64,000 nt of DNA from Alkalispirochaeta sp. (GTDB taxonomy: Bacteria > Spirochaetota > Spirochaetia > DSM-27196 > Alkalispirochaetaceae). The stretch's first letter is position 1. Each line of letters starts with the position of its first letter. Both the position numbers and the translations under genes were made by a program. Positions 34,602 to 45,014 of the stretch are shown here, in pieces. The stretch covers positions 320,001 through 384,000 of the forward strand of contig CBDESZ010000025.1 in NCBI GenBank assembly GCA_965242725.1, written 5' to 3'. Under the pieces are notes generated by a model. That model was given only the letters and a program-made list of their open reading frames with translations, was not told the origin of the DNA and did no database searches.

Positions 34602-35524
34602 CGCAGATTGCCTCCGAAGTGGAACGGTACATTGCATATCTCGAGAGAGTACGCGGACTCGCGACGGCGAGCATTCAGGCGTATAAAAACGATTTACTCG
34701 CCTTTGTGCAGTACTGTGAAGAACAGGAAATCACGGCGTCGGCGGATGTACACGACGGTCTGCTCCGTCGGTGGGTACGTCTGCTCACGGAACAGGGACT
34801 CGCCGCGACGAGCGTGAACCGGCGTCTCTCCGCGTTAAAAGGGTTTTTCTCCTTCCTGGAGCAGGAGGGCATCACCCGCAAAAATCCGGCGGCGTCCATA
34901 AGAAGCGTCCGCACGCCGAAACGCCTGCCTGAAACGCTCTTTGAGCGGGAAATGGCCCAGCTCCTGGAGTTCCCGGCGGAGGATTTTGCGTCGTTGCGTA
35001 CGCGGTCCCTGTTGGAGCTGCTCTACTCAACGGGAGCGAGAATCAGCGAGTTGTGCAACGCCAATGTGGACGACCTTGTGTTTCGGAAACGGGCGCTCCT
35101 CGTCCATGGGAAGGGGAAAAAGGATCGCTATGTATTTCTCGGCAACAGCGCCTTTACCTATTTGAAGGAATACCTTCCATACCGGCATGAGTTTCTCACC
35201 CGCAGAGGACTGGCGGAACAGAAGGCTCTCCTCGTCAATCTGCGGGGCGGGAGACTGACCCCCCGGGGAGCCGCACTCATAATCGGCAAACGGGTTTCCG
35301 ATGCGGGGCTGGCAAAGTACCTTACACCCCACGGATTTCGCCATTCCTTTGCAACCCACTTGCTGAATCATGGCGCGGATATCAGAATCGTCCAGGAGAT
35401 GCTCGGTCACCGCTCCCTTTCAACGACGCAGGTGTACACCCACGTGGGAATGGAACGGCTGAAGCGCGTGTATGAGGACGCCCATCCCCATGCACGACGG
35501 AAGGAGAAATACAATGAAAAATGA
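34592..35524 (+). CDS. xerC: tyrosine recombinase XerC-like
   Basis: [39 protein letters not shown]; upstream of hslV. Confidence 0.85.
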   Translation: MQVTQIASEVERYIAYLERVRGLATASIQAYKNDLLAFVQYCEEQEITASADVHDGLLRRWVRLLTEQGLAATSVNRRLSALKGFFSFLEQEGITRKNPAASIRSVRTPKRLPETLFEREMAQLLEFPAEDFASLRTRSLLELLYSTGARISELCNANVDDLVFRKRALLVHGKGKKDRYVFLGNSAFTYLKEYLPYRHEFLTRRGLAEQKALLVNLRGGRLTPRGAALIIGKRVSDAGLAKYLTPHGFRHSFATHLLNHGADIRIVQEMLGHRSLSTTQVYTHVGMERLKRVYEDAHPHARRKEKYNEK

Positions 35525-36062
35525 CACACCGAAAGTGCGGAGCACGACAATCGTTGCCGTCAAGCGGGACGGCGCCGTCGCCATAGCGGGTGACGGCCAG
35601 GTTTCCATGGGAAACACCGTTATCAAGGGGAATGCCCGAAAAGTCCGCACCATGTACGATGGAAAGATTGCGGTAGGATTTGCCGGCGCCACAGCCGACG
35701 CCTTTACCCTGTTTGAACGATTTGAGGCGCGCATAAAGGAGTATGCCGGCGATCTGACGCGATCAGCCGTTGAACTGGCCAAGGAATGGCGGACCGATCG
35801 TATGCTGAGACGTCTGGAGGCGATGCTTATCGTTGCGGACCGGGAAAACATCCTGCTCATATCGGGCACCGGCGACGTTCTGGAACCCGAGTACGGGGTA
35901 ACGGCCATAGGCTCCGGCGGCAACTACGCCCTTGCCGCGGCCCGGGCCCTTATGGCCGCGACGGACCTTCCCGCCCGGGAGATCGCGGAACGTTCCCTTA
36001 TGATCGCCGGAGAAATATGCGTCTTCACCAACCACTCAATTACCGTCGAGGAGTTGTCATGA
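35514..36062 (+). CDS. hslV: ATP-dependent protease peptidase subunit
   Basis: STTIVAV (catalytic Thr after propeptide), GDGQVS, IGSGG. Confidence 0.97.
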   Translation: MKNDTPKVRSTTIVAVKRDGAVAIAGDGQVSMGNTVIKGNARKVRTMYDGKIAVGFAGATADAFTLFERFEARIKEYAGDLTRSAVELAKEWRTDRMLRRLEAMLIVADRENILLISGTGDVLEPEYGVTAIGSGGNYALAAARALMAATDLPAREIAERSLMIAGEICVFTNHSITVEELS

Positions 36063-37468
36063 AGTTGGAAGACTTGACCCCCGCACAGATCGTCCGTGAG
36101 CTGGATAAATTCATCATCGGTCAGACAAAGGCAAAAAAGGCGGTTGCAATTGCGTTGCGCAACAGGATGCGCCGGCAGAAGCTGCCTGAGGCGATGCAGG
36201 ACGAAATCGCTCCTAAAAACATAATTATGATAGGGCCGACCGGTGTAGGAAAAACCGAAATTGCCCGGCGTCTGGCGCGACTGACGGGGGCCCCTTTCGT
36301 GAAGGTTGAGGCAACCAAGTATACCGAAGTGGGATATGTGGGCAGAGACGTGGAATCAATGGTCCGCGACCTGATGGCAACGTCCATTCAGCTTGTAAAG
36401 GACGAACTGAAGGAAGAGGTTCGGGAAAAGGCGGAAGTTCAGACCGAAGAACTCCTCCTCGACGCACTGCTCCCGGGAATCGACGGAACGGCGGGAGACG
36501 CCGCTTCCGCCGACGGCGGGGAGGAGCGGGAAATCATTTCCGTTCCCCAGGGGGACGCCGGCCGGTCGGGAAGAGAGCGAAACCACGTATCCCAGCACAC
36601 CCGCGAACGATTTCGGACAATGCTGAGGGAGGGGAAGCTCGACGAAAAAGAGGTGGAGGTCTCGGTCAGCAAGCAGAACACCCCTGCCATCGAGATCTTC
36701 TCCGGCAATAACCTTGAAGAACTGGATCTGAACCTCGGTAATCTGGGCAATATTTTCGGCGGCAAACGCAAAAAACGACGCATGACGGTACGACAGGCCC
36801 GGGAGTACCTCATGCAGGAAGAAACGGAGAAGCTTGTCGATACGGAACGCGCCGCGGAACTCGCCCGGGACCGGATCGAGAATACGGGAATCATTTTCAT
36901 CGACGAAATTGACAAGATTGCGACCCGGGAAGGACACACAACCGGCGACGTCAGTCGTGAGGGAGTCCAGCGGGATATCCTTCCCATCGTCGAGGGGAGC
37001 CAGGTCAACACGAAGTACGGCATCGTCGATACCTCCCACATCCTCTTCATCGCCGCCGGGGCGTTCCATATGAGTAAGCCCAGTGACTTGATACCGGAAT
37101 TGCAGGGGCGATTTCCCCTGCGGGTGGAGCTTGAAGCGCTCGGAGAGGACGATTTTTACCGGATTCTCACGCAGCCGGAAAACGCCCTTATCAAACAGTA
37201 CTCGGCGCTCCTGGAAACGGAAGGGGTCAATCTGGAGTTTGACGACGAGGCGATACGCGAGCTCTCACGTATCGCGGCGGATGTGAACAGCCGGACCGAG
37301 AACATCGGTGCCCGGCGGCTGCACACGATCATGGAGCTGCTTCTGGAAGACGTTTCCTTTAACGCTCCCGATCTGTCGGGGCAGCGCATACCCATTACCC
37401 GGGACTACGTGAATGAACGGCTGCAGGACGTTGTGGAGGATCAGGACTTGACGCGCTACATCCTCTAA
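36059..37468 (+). CDS. hslU: ATP-dependent protease ATPase subunit
   Basis: [27 protein letters not shown]-terminal RYIL. Confidence 0.97.
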   Translation: MKLEDLTPAQIVRELDKFIIGQTKAKKAVAIALRNRMRRQKLPEAMQDEIAPKNIIMIGPTGVGKTEIARRLARLTGAPFVKVEATKYTEVGYVGRDVESMVRDLMATSIQLVKDELKEEVREKAEVQTEELLLDALLPGIDGTAGDAASADGGEEREIISVPQGDAGRSGRERNHVSQHTRERFRTMLREGKLDEKEVEVSVSKQNTPAIEIFSGNNLEELDLNLGNLGNIFGGKRKKRRMTVRQAREYLMQEETEKLVDTERAAELARDRIENTGIIFIDEIDKIATREGHTTGDVSREGVQRDILPIVEGSQVNTKYGIVDTSHILFIAAGAFHMSKPSDLIPELQGRFPLRVELEALGEDDFYRILTQPENALIKQYSALLETEGVNLEFDDEAIRELSRIAADVNSRTENIGARRLHTIMELLLEDVSFNAPDLSGQRIPITRDYVNERLQDVVEDQDLTRYIL

Positions 37469-37492
37469 AGGATGGGGCGTGCATACCGATCA
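37466..37492 (+). promoter_or_regulatory. sigma28 (FliA)-type promoter of flgB
   Basis: TAAA-N15-ACCGATCA versus consensus TAAA-N15-GCCGATAA. Confidence 0.7.
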
Positions 37493-37514
37493 TCAAAGGG
37501 TGGAGGAAGAGTGA

Positions 37515-37934
37515 ATGTTTGAGAATACCGGTTTTGGACGACAGATCGGCATCTTGCATCGTACGATGGATGCGAGTCTGCTGCGCCAGAACGTGATCGC
37601 CGACAACATCGCCAACGGAAATACCCCGAACTTCAAGCGGAGCGACGTCAACTTCGAGTCCCGGCTCGCATACGCCCTCCGGAGCGAGGGACAGCGGGAC
37701 CGTTTTTCAGCGGCCCTGACCGACGAGCGGCATATCTCCTTTGAAAAGCGTCTCGACTATCGCGATGTACGACCGCGACGGGTCCTCGACTTCACCACGA
37801 CGGCAAAAAACAACGGGAATAACGTGGACATCGATGTTGAATCGATGAATTTGCTGAACAATCAGTTGGCGTATCAAATGATGACGCGGTCGGTGGCCGA
37901 CGCGTTTTCACGGATCAACCTGGTGTTGCAGTAG
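37515..37934 (+). CDS. flgB: flagellar basal-body rod protein FlgB
   Basis: IADNIANGNTPNFK, NGNNVDID. Confidence 0.95.
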   Translation: MFENTGFGRQIGILHRTMDASLLRQNVIADNIANGNTPNFKRSDVNFESRLAYALRSEGQRDRFSAALTDERHISFEKRLDYRDVRPRRVLDFTTTAKNNGNNVDIDVESMNLLNNQLAYQMMTRSVADAFSRINLVLQ

Positions 37935-37952
37935 GAATAGGGGAGTAACGGA

Positions 37953-38411
37953 ATGGGTATGTTTTCAAGCATCAATACGGCGGCAAGCGGACTGACGGCG
38001 CAACGATTGCGACAGGACGTTATTGCAGATAACATCGCAAACGCCAACACCACCCGCACCACCGAGGGTGGGCCCTTTCGGCGCAGCCGCGTTATTCTGC
38101 GGCCCCGCACGGACGGGCCGGAATGGCGCACGCCCTTTCTGCCGGGACGACTCGACAACGGCGTCGGCAAGGGAGTCCGGGTCACCGAGGTGGAAAAGGA
38201 TCTGGACAGTGAACTCCGCCTCGTCTACGATCCCACCCATCCCGATGCAATCCAGAGTGGTCCCCGGGCGGGCTATGTGGAATATCCCAATGTCAACGTG
38301 GTCACTGAAATGGTTGACCTCATTGATGCGTCCCGGGCGTATGAGGCGAATGTGGCGGTAGTTAACGGTGCCAAGACGATGTTTCAGCGGGCGCTGGAAA
38401 TAGGAAGGTAG
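37953..38411 (+). CDS. flgC: flagellar basal-body rod protein FlgC
   Basis: NIANANTTRT, YDPTHPDA, PNVNVVTEM. Confidence 0.96.
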   Translation: MGMFSSINTAASGLTAQRLRQDVIADNIANANTTRTTEGGPFRRSRVILRPRTDGPEWRTPFLPGRLDNGVGKGVRVTEVEKDLDSELRLVYDPTHPDAIQSGPRAGYVEYPNVNVVTEMVDLIDASRAYEANVAVVNGAKTMFQRALEIGR

Positions 38412-38414
38412 TAG

Positions 38415-38744
38415 ATGAACGTTTTTGAACCGATCGGATCGGCGGCAGATCGAATGGCTCTCGCACGGACCCATCAGGCCCATGTACCGGGCGGACGGGA
38501 AGCGATCGGCGACCAGCCGGTGGATACCGCCTTTCGGGATGCCCTTCTGGGAAGCCTCAACGCCGTCAATGACCAGCAGATCGCCCATGAGCAGCTTTCG
38601 GTGCAGGCAATCGTGGATCCCGAATCGGTGGAGCCTCACGATTTGACCATTGCCGCCGCAAAGGCGACAACCGCGCTCAGTATCACCAGGAACGTTGTCG
38701 ACCGAGTGATTCAGGCGTATCGGGATATTACGAACTTGAGATAG
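38415..38744 (+). CDS. fliE: hook-basal body protein FliE
   Basis: size, position, VIQAYRDI C-terminus. Confidence 0.9.
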   Translation: MNVFEPIGSAADRMALARTHQAHVPGGREAIGDQPVDTAFRDALLGSLNAVNDQQIAHEQLSVQAIVDPESVEPHDLTIAAAKATTALSITRNVVDRVIQAYRDITNLR

Positions 38745-38842
38745 AAAGATCCGGGTCGTGTACCGGTCGGCAGCGGCACACGACGGATGAGACGCGACAG
38801 ACGCCGCGTAATGCGTCGCTTTGAACCTTGGGGGAGGGGAAC

Positions 38843-40549
38843 ATGAACGAATCGTTACAACGCCTCATAGAGCGGGTAAAAACGATGTGGGGGCAGTGGA
38901 AGCTGCCGCAGAAACTCGTATTCTTTGCAATCATCGGCGTCACCATTCTCGGTGTCGTGATGCTCATGGTATTCAGCGCTTCTCCTTCTCAGGTGGCGCT
39001 CCTGAGCCAGCCGATAAACGATCCGCAACAGCTGATGGACATTACCGTCCGCCTCGACCAGGAAGGCGTGCCGTACACGGTTACCTCTGAAAATGTAATC
39101 ATGGTCCCCGACAGCGGCACCGCACAACGGATGCGGGCAATCCTTACCCGGGAGGACCTCATACCCTCTGGTACCGATCCGTGGGAACTCTTTGACGTGG
39201 AGCGATGGACGCTGACAGATTTTGAACGTAACGTGAATCTCCGGCGCAGCATCACCCGCCAACTGGAACAGCACATCACCGCGCTGGACGATATTGACGC
39301 CGCCAGCGTTACCATCGTCATTCCCGAGGAGACGCTCTTCGCGGAGCAGCAGAATCCCGTCACCGCTTCGGTCATCATCACCCCCAAACCCCGCAGCGAC
39401 ATCCGGGAAAACCGCTCCAAGATTGAAGGTATCGAAAAGCTCATCCAGTTTGCCGTCGAGGGCCTGACCCAGGAAAACATCACCATCACCGATCCGTCGG
39501 GCGTCACCCTGAACGATTTTCAGGACCTCCAGGAGTTTGACCGCCTTGAACTGACGCGGCGGGAGCTGGAGATCATTCGCGACCAGGAGCGGAAATACTC
39601 CGAGGCCATCGTTTCAGCCCTGTCTGAAATATACGGTCGGGATCGGGTGGAAGTGGTGAACATCAATGTCGATATGGATATGGGCAAACGGACGGAGGAA
39701 ACGGAAGAGTTCTTTCCAATCACCACCGTTGAAGACAACCCCCGCACGCCCTTTGACGAGACCGAATACGTGCTCTCCATACCCCGGTCCATCGAGCGTA
39801 TCGATGAGAGCTATGAAGGGACCGGTTTCAACCCCGAAGGCCCTCCGGGCATGGAAGGACAGACGCCTCCGGCCTACCAGGATCTTGAAGGTCTTGTGGG
39901 GCGGTGGAACAATGACGAAGAGCGCATTAACAACGAGGTGAACTCCCGCCGCATTACCGAAGAAAAAAGCCCCACCATTCAGCGAATCACCGCCAGTGTC
40001 GCCATAGACGGTGTCTGGCGCTGGTCATATACTGACCGCGGTGAGGTGGAAATCGGTTCCGATGGATCAATCGTCAGAGAGTATACCCCGGTGGCGCCGG
40101 ACGAGATCGCGGCCGCCAGGGAGCTGGTGGAACACGCTATCGGATTCAACCAGGACCGGGGCGACGCGGTAAGCGTCAGGCACATCCAGTTTGACCGTTC
40201 CGCACAATTCCGGGAGGAGGACGAGCAGTTCCGGCGACAGCGTCAACTCCAGATGATCATTCTGTATGTTCTGATCGGAATTGCGGTACTGCTCATTTCA
40301 TTCATCGTATTCCGCCTCATTTCCCGGGAGATCGAACGGCGGCGGCGCCTCCATGAAGAGGAGCTGGCCCGTCAGCATCAGGCGATGCGGGAAGCGGCGC
40401 TGCGGAGCGCCGAGGAAGAGAGTGCCGAGGTTGAAATGTCCGTTGAGGAACGGGCACGCATGGAGCTTGAAGAGATGGCGATCAATGCGGCCCGTGAGCA
40501 TCCGGAGGATGTGGCTCAACTCATCCGGACGTGGCTGGCGGAGGAGTAG
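38843..40549 (+). CDS. fliF: MS-ring protein FliF
   Basis: two TMs, periplasmic ring domains, C-terminal VAQLIRTWL. Confidence 0.95.
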   Translation: MNESLQRLIERVKTMWGQWKLPQKLVFFAIIGVTILGVVMLMVFSASPSQVALLSQPINDPQQLMDITVRLDQEGVPYTVTSENVIMVPDSGTAQRMRAILTREDLIPSGTDPWELFDVERWTLTDFERNVNLRRSITRQLEQHITALDDIDAASVTIVIPEETLFAEQQNPVTASVIITPKPRSDIRENRSKIEGIEKLIQFAVEGLTQENITITDPSGVTLNDFQDLQEFDRLELTRRELEIIRDQERKYSEAIVSALSEIYGRDRVEVVNINVDMDMGKRTEETEEFFPITTVEDNPRTPFDETEYVLSIPRSIERIDESYEGTGFNPEGPPGMEGQTPPAYQDLEGLVGRWNNDEERINNEVNSRRITEEKSPTIQRITASVAIDGVWRWSYTDRGEVEIGSDGSIVREYTPVAPDEIAAARELVEHAIGFNQDRGDAVSVRHIQFDRSAQFREEDEQFRRQRQLQMIILYVLIGIAVLLISFIVFRLISREIERRRRLHEEELARQHQAMREAALRSAEEESAEVEMSVEERARMELEEMAINAAREHPEDVAQLIRTWLAEE

Positions 40550-40552
40550 CGT

Positions 40553-41599
40553 ATGGCCAAACAGACGGAACAATCGATGGGCGGCGGAAAGCGCCACAAG
40601 GCCCAGCTTACGGGGCGTCAGAAGGCGGCGGTCTTTCTGGTAACTCTCGGCAGCGAAATTTCGAGCGAAATCTTTAAACACCTCCGGGAAGACGAAATCG
40701 AGGCGCTTACCTTTGAAATTGCCAGAATGGAAAACTTCGGCAATGAGGAGAAGGAATCGGTTCTCCAGGAGTTCCAGGAACTGATGATGGCCCAGGACTT
40801 CATCAATTCCGGAGGCATCGACTACGCCCGGGAGTTGCTTGAAAAGAGTCTCGGGTCGCAAAAGGCGGTGGACATCATAAACCGCCTTACCACGAGTCTG
40901 CAGGTACGGCCCTTTGATTTCATACGCCGTACCGATCCGACTCATCTGCTGAACTTCATCCAGCAGGAGCATCCTCAGACGATCGCCCTCATCCTTGCCT
41001 ACCTGGAACCGCAGAAGGCGAGTGTCATTCTGGGGAGTCTTCCCCAGGATATTCAGTCGGATGTGGCAAAACGAATCGCTACGATGGATCGGACCTCTCC
41101 GGAAACGCTCCGGGAGGTCGAACGTGTACTTGAGAAGAAACTTGCCTCAATATCCAGTGAGGATTACTCCGTCGCCGGCGGTGTCGAGAGTATCGTCGAG
41201 ATCCTGAACCTTGTGGATCGCTCGACGGAAAAGGGAATCATCGAAAGTCTGGAAGAGGAAGATCCGGAACTGGCGGAAGAGATCAAGAAACGCATGTTTG
41301 TCTTTGAGGACATCGTCATGCTCGACGATCGGGCGATTCAGAAGGTCTTGCGGGAGGTCGACACGGCGGAGCTGGCCAAGGCGCTCAAGTCCGTCGATAC
41401 GGAGGTCCAGGACAAGATATTCCGCAACATGTCCAAGCGTGCCGCGGCGCTGCTGAAGGACGACATGGAATACATGGGCCCGATTCGTATGAAGGACGTC
41501 GAAGAGAGTCAGCAGAAGATCGTCTCCATTATTCGAAAACTCGAAGAATCGGGGGATATCGTCGTCGCCCGCGCCGGAGAAGACGAACTCGTCGTCTGA
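40553..41599 (+). CDS. fliG: motor switch protein FliG
   Basis: QKAAVFL, EHPQTIA, MFVFED. Confidence 0.97.
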   Translation: MAKQTEQSMGGGKRHKAQLTGRQKAAVFLVTLGSEISSEIFKHLREDEIEALTFEIARMENFGNEEKESVLQEFQELMMAQDFINSGGIDYARELLEKSLGSQKAVDIINRLTTSLQVRPFDFIRRTDPTHLLNFIQQEHPQTIALILAYLEPQKASVILGSLPQDIQSDVAKRIATMDRTSPETLREVERVLEKKLASISSEDYSVAGGVESIVEILNLVDRSTEKGIIESLEEEDPELAEEIKKRMFVFEDIVMLDDRAIQKVLREVDTAELAKALKSVDTEVQDKIFRNMSKRAAALLKDDMEYMGPIRMKDVEESQQKIVSIIRKLEESGDIVVARAGEDELVV

Positions 41600-41611
41600 G
41601 TGGAGTAAGGT

Positions 41612-42568
41612 ATGTCGAAAAACGTTTTTCGTTCCGGAGAGGTCCAATACAAGCGACACAAGGTATTTCTCAAGCCGCCTGAACCGGCAGGTTCCCGAAG
41701 AGGCGCGGTGCAACCCCTGAAGGAGGTGGAGCCGATCCCGAAGGCGGAGGAGTACACCGGGCCGACGGCGGAGCAGTTGCGGAAGGAAGCGGAACACTTC
41801 AAGGAACAATGGGAGACGGAAAAGCAGGAAATGATCGACGCCGCCCGGGCCGAGGCGGAAAAGATCGTTCAGGAAGCGGAGGAAGAGGCGTTCCGGCAGA
41901 TACGGGAAAAGACTGAACAGGCCAATCAGACCAAGAAGGACGCCGAGGAGGAAGCGGAACGTACCGCCGCGGCGGCGCAACAGGAGCATAACCGGACCAT
42001 CGCCGACGCCCAGGAGGAAGCCCGGAAAATCGTCGAGGAAGCGCGCAAACGCGGATATGAAGAAGGTCGGGAAGAGGGAATCGAGGCGGGCAAGGAGGAA
42101 CTCCGGCGCGTCATAGAACGATTTCACGTCATTCTCTCCAAGGCGATTGAGCGGAGAAACGAGATCATCGCGGAAAGCGAAGGCCAGGTCATCAGCCTCG
42201 TTCTGAGTATCGCCAAGAAGGTGATCAAGGTTATCAGCGAGAACCAGAAAAATGTGGTCATCAACAATATCGTCCAGTCTCTCAAACGCCTGCAGCAGAA
42301 GAGCGACGTCATTGTCCGGGTGAATCTGGCCGACATAGAAATTGCGACCCGCCATAAGGCGGACATCCTCAAGACCGCCGAACGGGTTGAAAATATAACC
42401 ATCGCCGAGGATTCGACCGTAGATCCCGGAGGATGCATCATTGAGACGGACTTCGGCGAGATCGACGCCCGCATCTCCTCCCAGTTGAGAGAAATAGAGG
42501 ATCGGATACTGGAAATAACGCCGATTACGGCGCGAACCAAGAGTGGTGCGTCGTCAACGAGCGGGTAG
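41612..42568 (+). CDS. fliH: flagellar assembly protein FliH
   Basis: AxxxG repeats, GGCIIETDFGEIDA. Confidence 0.93.
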   Translation: MSKNVFRSGEVQYKRHKVFLKPPEPAGSRRGAVQPLKEVEPIPKAEEYTGPTAEQLRKEAEHFKEQWETEKQEMIDAARAEAEKIVQEAEEEAFRQIREKTEQANQTKKDAEEEAERTAAAAQQEHNRTIADAQEEARKIVEEARKRGYEEGREEGIEAGKEELRRVIERFHVILSKAIERRNEIIAESEGQVISLVLSIAKKVIKVISENQKNVVINNIVQSLKRLQQKSDVIVRVNLADIEIATRHKADILKTAERVENITIAEDSTVDPGGCIIETDFGEIDARISSQLREIEDRILEITPITARTKSGASSTSG

Positions 42569-42576
42569 GAGGCACC

Positions 42577-43932
42577 ATGGCCGTCGAGTTTCTTGAAAAA
42601 TACCAGGCCCTGGTGGATCACACCGAGACGATAAAGCAGATCGGACGTGTTCAGTCGGTGCAGGGTCTGAAAATCGAGAGTTTTGGCCCGCCCGCCCGTG
42701 TGGGAGAGCTGTGTCAGATCGTCATCGAACGTACGGGCCGGACGGTTCTGGCCGAGGTCGTGGGCTTGAACGACAGCTACGTACAGCTTTCGCCCTATGC
42801 GGAGACCGAAGGGATTGAGGTCGGCAACCCCGTCATCGGTCTCGGCCAGTCACTTGATATTCCGGTGAGTGAAGAGCTCCTCGGACGCGTTCTGGACGGC
42901 ACCGGTTCACCCATCGACGGCAAGGGTGAAATCGGAAGCGGCGTCTATTATCCGGCACTGGCAAAGCCGCCCAACGTCCTCACACGTCGCCGCATTACCG
43001 AGCAGATCGAAACGGGCATTCGCGCCATAGACGCCCTCATTCCGACGGGGAAGGGGCAGCGTCTCGGCATATTCAGCGGTAGCGGCGTCGGGAAATCCAC
43101 CCTCATCGGTATGGTGGCCCGGAACACCTCCGCCGACGTGAACGTCATAGCCCTGATCGGAGAACGCGGACGGGAGGTCCGGGAATTCCTGGAGAACGAC
43201 CTCGGAGAAGAGGGGCTCGCCAGGAGCGTCGTCATCGTTTCCACGTCGGATACACCGGCGATGGCACGGTTGAGGGCGGCCTATGTCGCGACGGCCATCG
43301 CCGAGTTTTTCCGGGACCAGGCAAAGGACGTGCTGCTCATGTTTGACTCGGTCACGCGCTTTGCCCGGGCGCAACGGGAAATCGGACTTGCCCGGGGCGA
43401 AGGTCCCGCGTCCCGCGGTTTTCCCCCGTCGGTGGATGCGATTCTTCCCCAGCTGCTTGAGCGGTGCGGTACGAGCGAACACGGCACGATAACCGGATTC
43501 TATTCAATCCTCGTGGAAGGGGATGATCTGGATGAACCGGTATCAGATGCCGTCCGGGGGATCCTGGACGGCCACGTCGTCCTCAGTCGCGACCTTGCCG
43601 CCCGCTACCACTATCCCGCCATAGACGTTCTGGGAAGCGTGAGCCGCCTGGAGACGCGTATATGTGCGCCCTCACACCGAAAGGCGGCGGGGACGGTCAG
43701 GCGACTCCTGGCGACGTACCGGGACACTGAGGACCTGATCAATGCCGGAATATATACATCGGGCAGCAACCCCGATGTGGACGAGGCGATACGCCGGCGT
43801 CCGGAGATCAATGCCCTGCTGCAACAGGAGATAGAAGAACGCAGTTCCCTTGAAGATACGAAAGAAATGCTCTATGCCGTTGCCGGCATGGAAGAGGAGT
43901 CTCCGACGGAAGACGAGGATATCGATGCGTAA
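42577..43932 (+). CDS. fliI: flagellar export ATPase FliI
   Basis: GSGVGKST, GERGREV, DSVTRFA. Confidence 0.96.
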   Translation: MAVEFLEKYQALVDHTETIKQIGRVQSVQGLKIESFGPPARVGELCQIVIERTGRTVLAEVVGLNDSYVQLSPYAETEGIEVGNPVIGLGQSLDIPVSEELLGRVLDGTGSPIDGKGEIGSGVYYPALAKPPNVLTRRRITEQIETGIRAIDALIPTGKGQRLGIFSGSGVGKSTLIGMVARNTSADVNVIALIGERGREVREFLENDLGEEGLARSVVIVSTSDTPAMARLRAAYVATAIAEFFRDQAKDVLLMFDSVTRFARAQREIGLARGEGPASRGFPPSVDAILPQLLERCGTSEHGTITGFYSILVEGDDLDEPVSDAVRGILDGHVVLSRDLAARYHYPAIDVLGSVSRLETRICAPSHRKAAGTVRRLLATYRDTEDLINAGIYTSGSNPDVDEAIRRRPEINALLQQEIEERSSLEDTKEMLYAVAGMEEESPTEDEDIDA

Positions 43933-44368
43933 GTTTTCCTTTCGCCTTCAGTCGATTCTGGACTTGCGGCAACATGAAGAGGAACAACGCCGGCTGGAAT
44001 TGGGGGCGGCAACAAACAAACGAAATGCGATTCAGCGCGCAATTGACGAGCGGCAGGCGCTGCGACGGTCCGCGCTCATTGAGCGATCCTCCGCGGCGGA
44101 TGCCGTCGATGTGGGGTGGCGGGGTGCGGCGGAGGAGTACGCCTACCGCCTGGCCGTAGAGATGAGAAAGCTCGAGAAACAGCTCGTCACCGCCGAGGAA
44201 GAACGCGCCGCCGCCGCCGCTCGGTACGGTGAAGCGAAGCAAAAGGCTGAACTCATGCAGAAACTGCACGACAAGCGGGCGCGGGAACATATAAAAACAG
44301 AGAGAAAAGCGGAACAAAACCGACTTGATGAAGTGGCACAACACATCCACGCGCAGGGAGGACGGTAG
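43925..44368 (+). CDS. fliJ: flagellar export protein FliJ
   Basis: MRKFSFRLQSIL, EQNRLDE. Confidence 0.9.
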   Translation: MRKFSFRLQSILDLRQHEEEQRRLELGAATNKRNAIQRAIDERQALRRSALIERSSAADAVDVGWRGAAEEYAYRLAVEMRKLEKQLVTAEEERAAAAARYGEAKQKAELMQKLHDKRAREHIKTERKAEQNRLDEVAQHIHAQGGR

Positions 44369-44370
44369 AG

Positions 44371-44997
44371 ATGGCGGTACGATACAGCAAAATCGGCGCA
44401 ATTCCACAAATACTCCTTCTCATACTCCTGGTCCTCGCGCTCGTCGCGGGAGGTTTATTCTGGTTTGACTACCTGGGACTGCTGAATGTACGGGACGCAT
44501 TTCGTCCGGTCCTCGGCATCGTAGGAGCGGACGACCGGTCGGAAGCCCCCGATCCGGACGACATTCTCCTCATGGACCGGATTCGTCTTGAGAAGCTTCA
44601 GGAAGCGGTGGAACTCCGGGAGGCCGACGTCGAGAACAGTCGTCAGGCGATCGAGGAAGAACGACAGGCCCTTCTTGAACAGGAACAAATGCTCGAAGAT
44701 CGCATCCTCGAACTGGAAGAACGGGAAGTTTCGCTTAATGAACGGCTCCAACGGTACGAAAATAGAAGAGCGGTGCTTGAGCAAAACTCGCGTGATCTTA
44801 CGAGCATGCGACCTGATGACGCCGTTGAAATCCTGACGGGCTACGACGATCAACTGTTGATCGACACCCTGCGGGTAACCGAAGAGCTGGCACAGGAAGC
44901 GGGTGAATTGTCCCTCGTATCGGTGTGGCTTGCACGGTTTCCGGCGGAACGCGCGGCTGATATTCAGCGGAAGATGACCCTCAAGCCTGTAGACTAG
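44371..44997 (+). CDS. flbB: periplasmic flagellar collar protein FlbB
   Basis: TM with WFDYLG, coiled coil, C-terminal PAERAADIQRKM; between fliJ and fliK. Confidence 0.8.
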   Translation: MAVRYSKIGAIPQILLLILLVLALVAGGLFWFDYLGLLNVRDAFRPVLGIVGADDRSEAPDPDDILLMDRIRLEKLQEAVELREADVENSRQAIEEERQALLEQEQMLEDRILELEEREVSLNERLQRYENRRAVLEQNSRDLTSMRPDDAVEILTGYDDQLLIDTLRVTEELAQEAGELSLVSVWLARFPAERAADIQRKMTLKPVD

Positions 44998-45014
44998 TAC
45001 GGGAGGTGATGTGA

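Noticed and set aside
31683..35524. Integrative element or prophage suggested by two tyrosine recombinases
   Set aside because: Both are Xer-like, in housekeeping synteny, with no att repeats, cargo genes or composition shift; no dif site recognised
35786..36058. Extended N-termini in the ORF track (hslU, recN, fliP, fliR, mraY, murF and others)
   Set aside because: They overlap upstream genes; downstream starts with SD or stop-start coupling fit the known protein N-termini
38745..38842. fliE-fliF intergenic region as a regulatory RNA
   Set aside because: Only short imperfect stems, with no U tract or known motif
44940..45014. Expected sigma28 promoter upstream of fliK
   Set aside because: TCAA at 44981 has no CCGAT-like -10 at the right spacing
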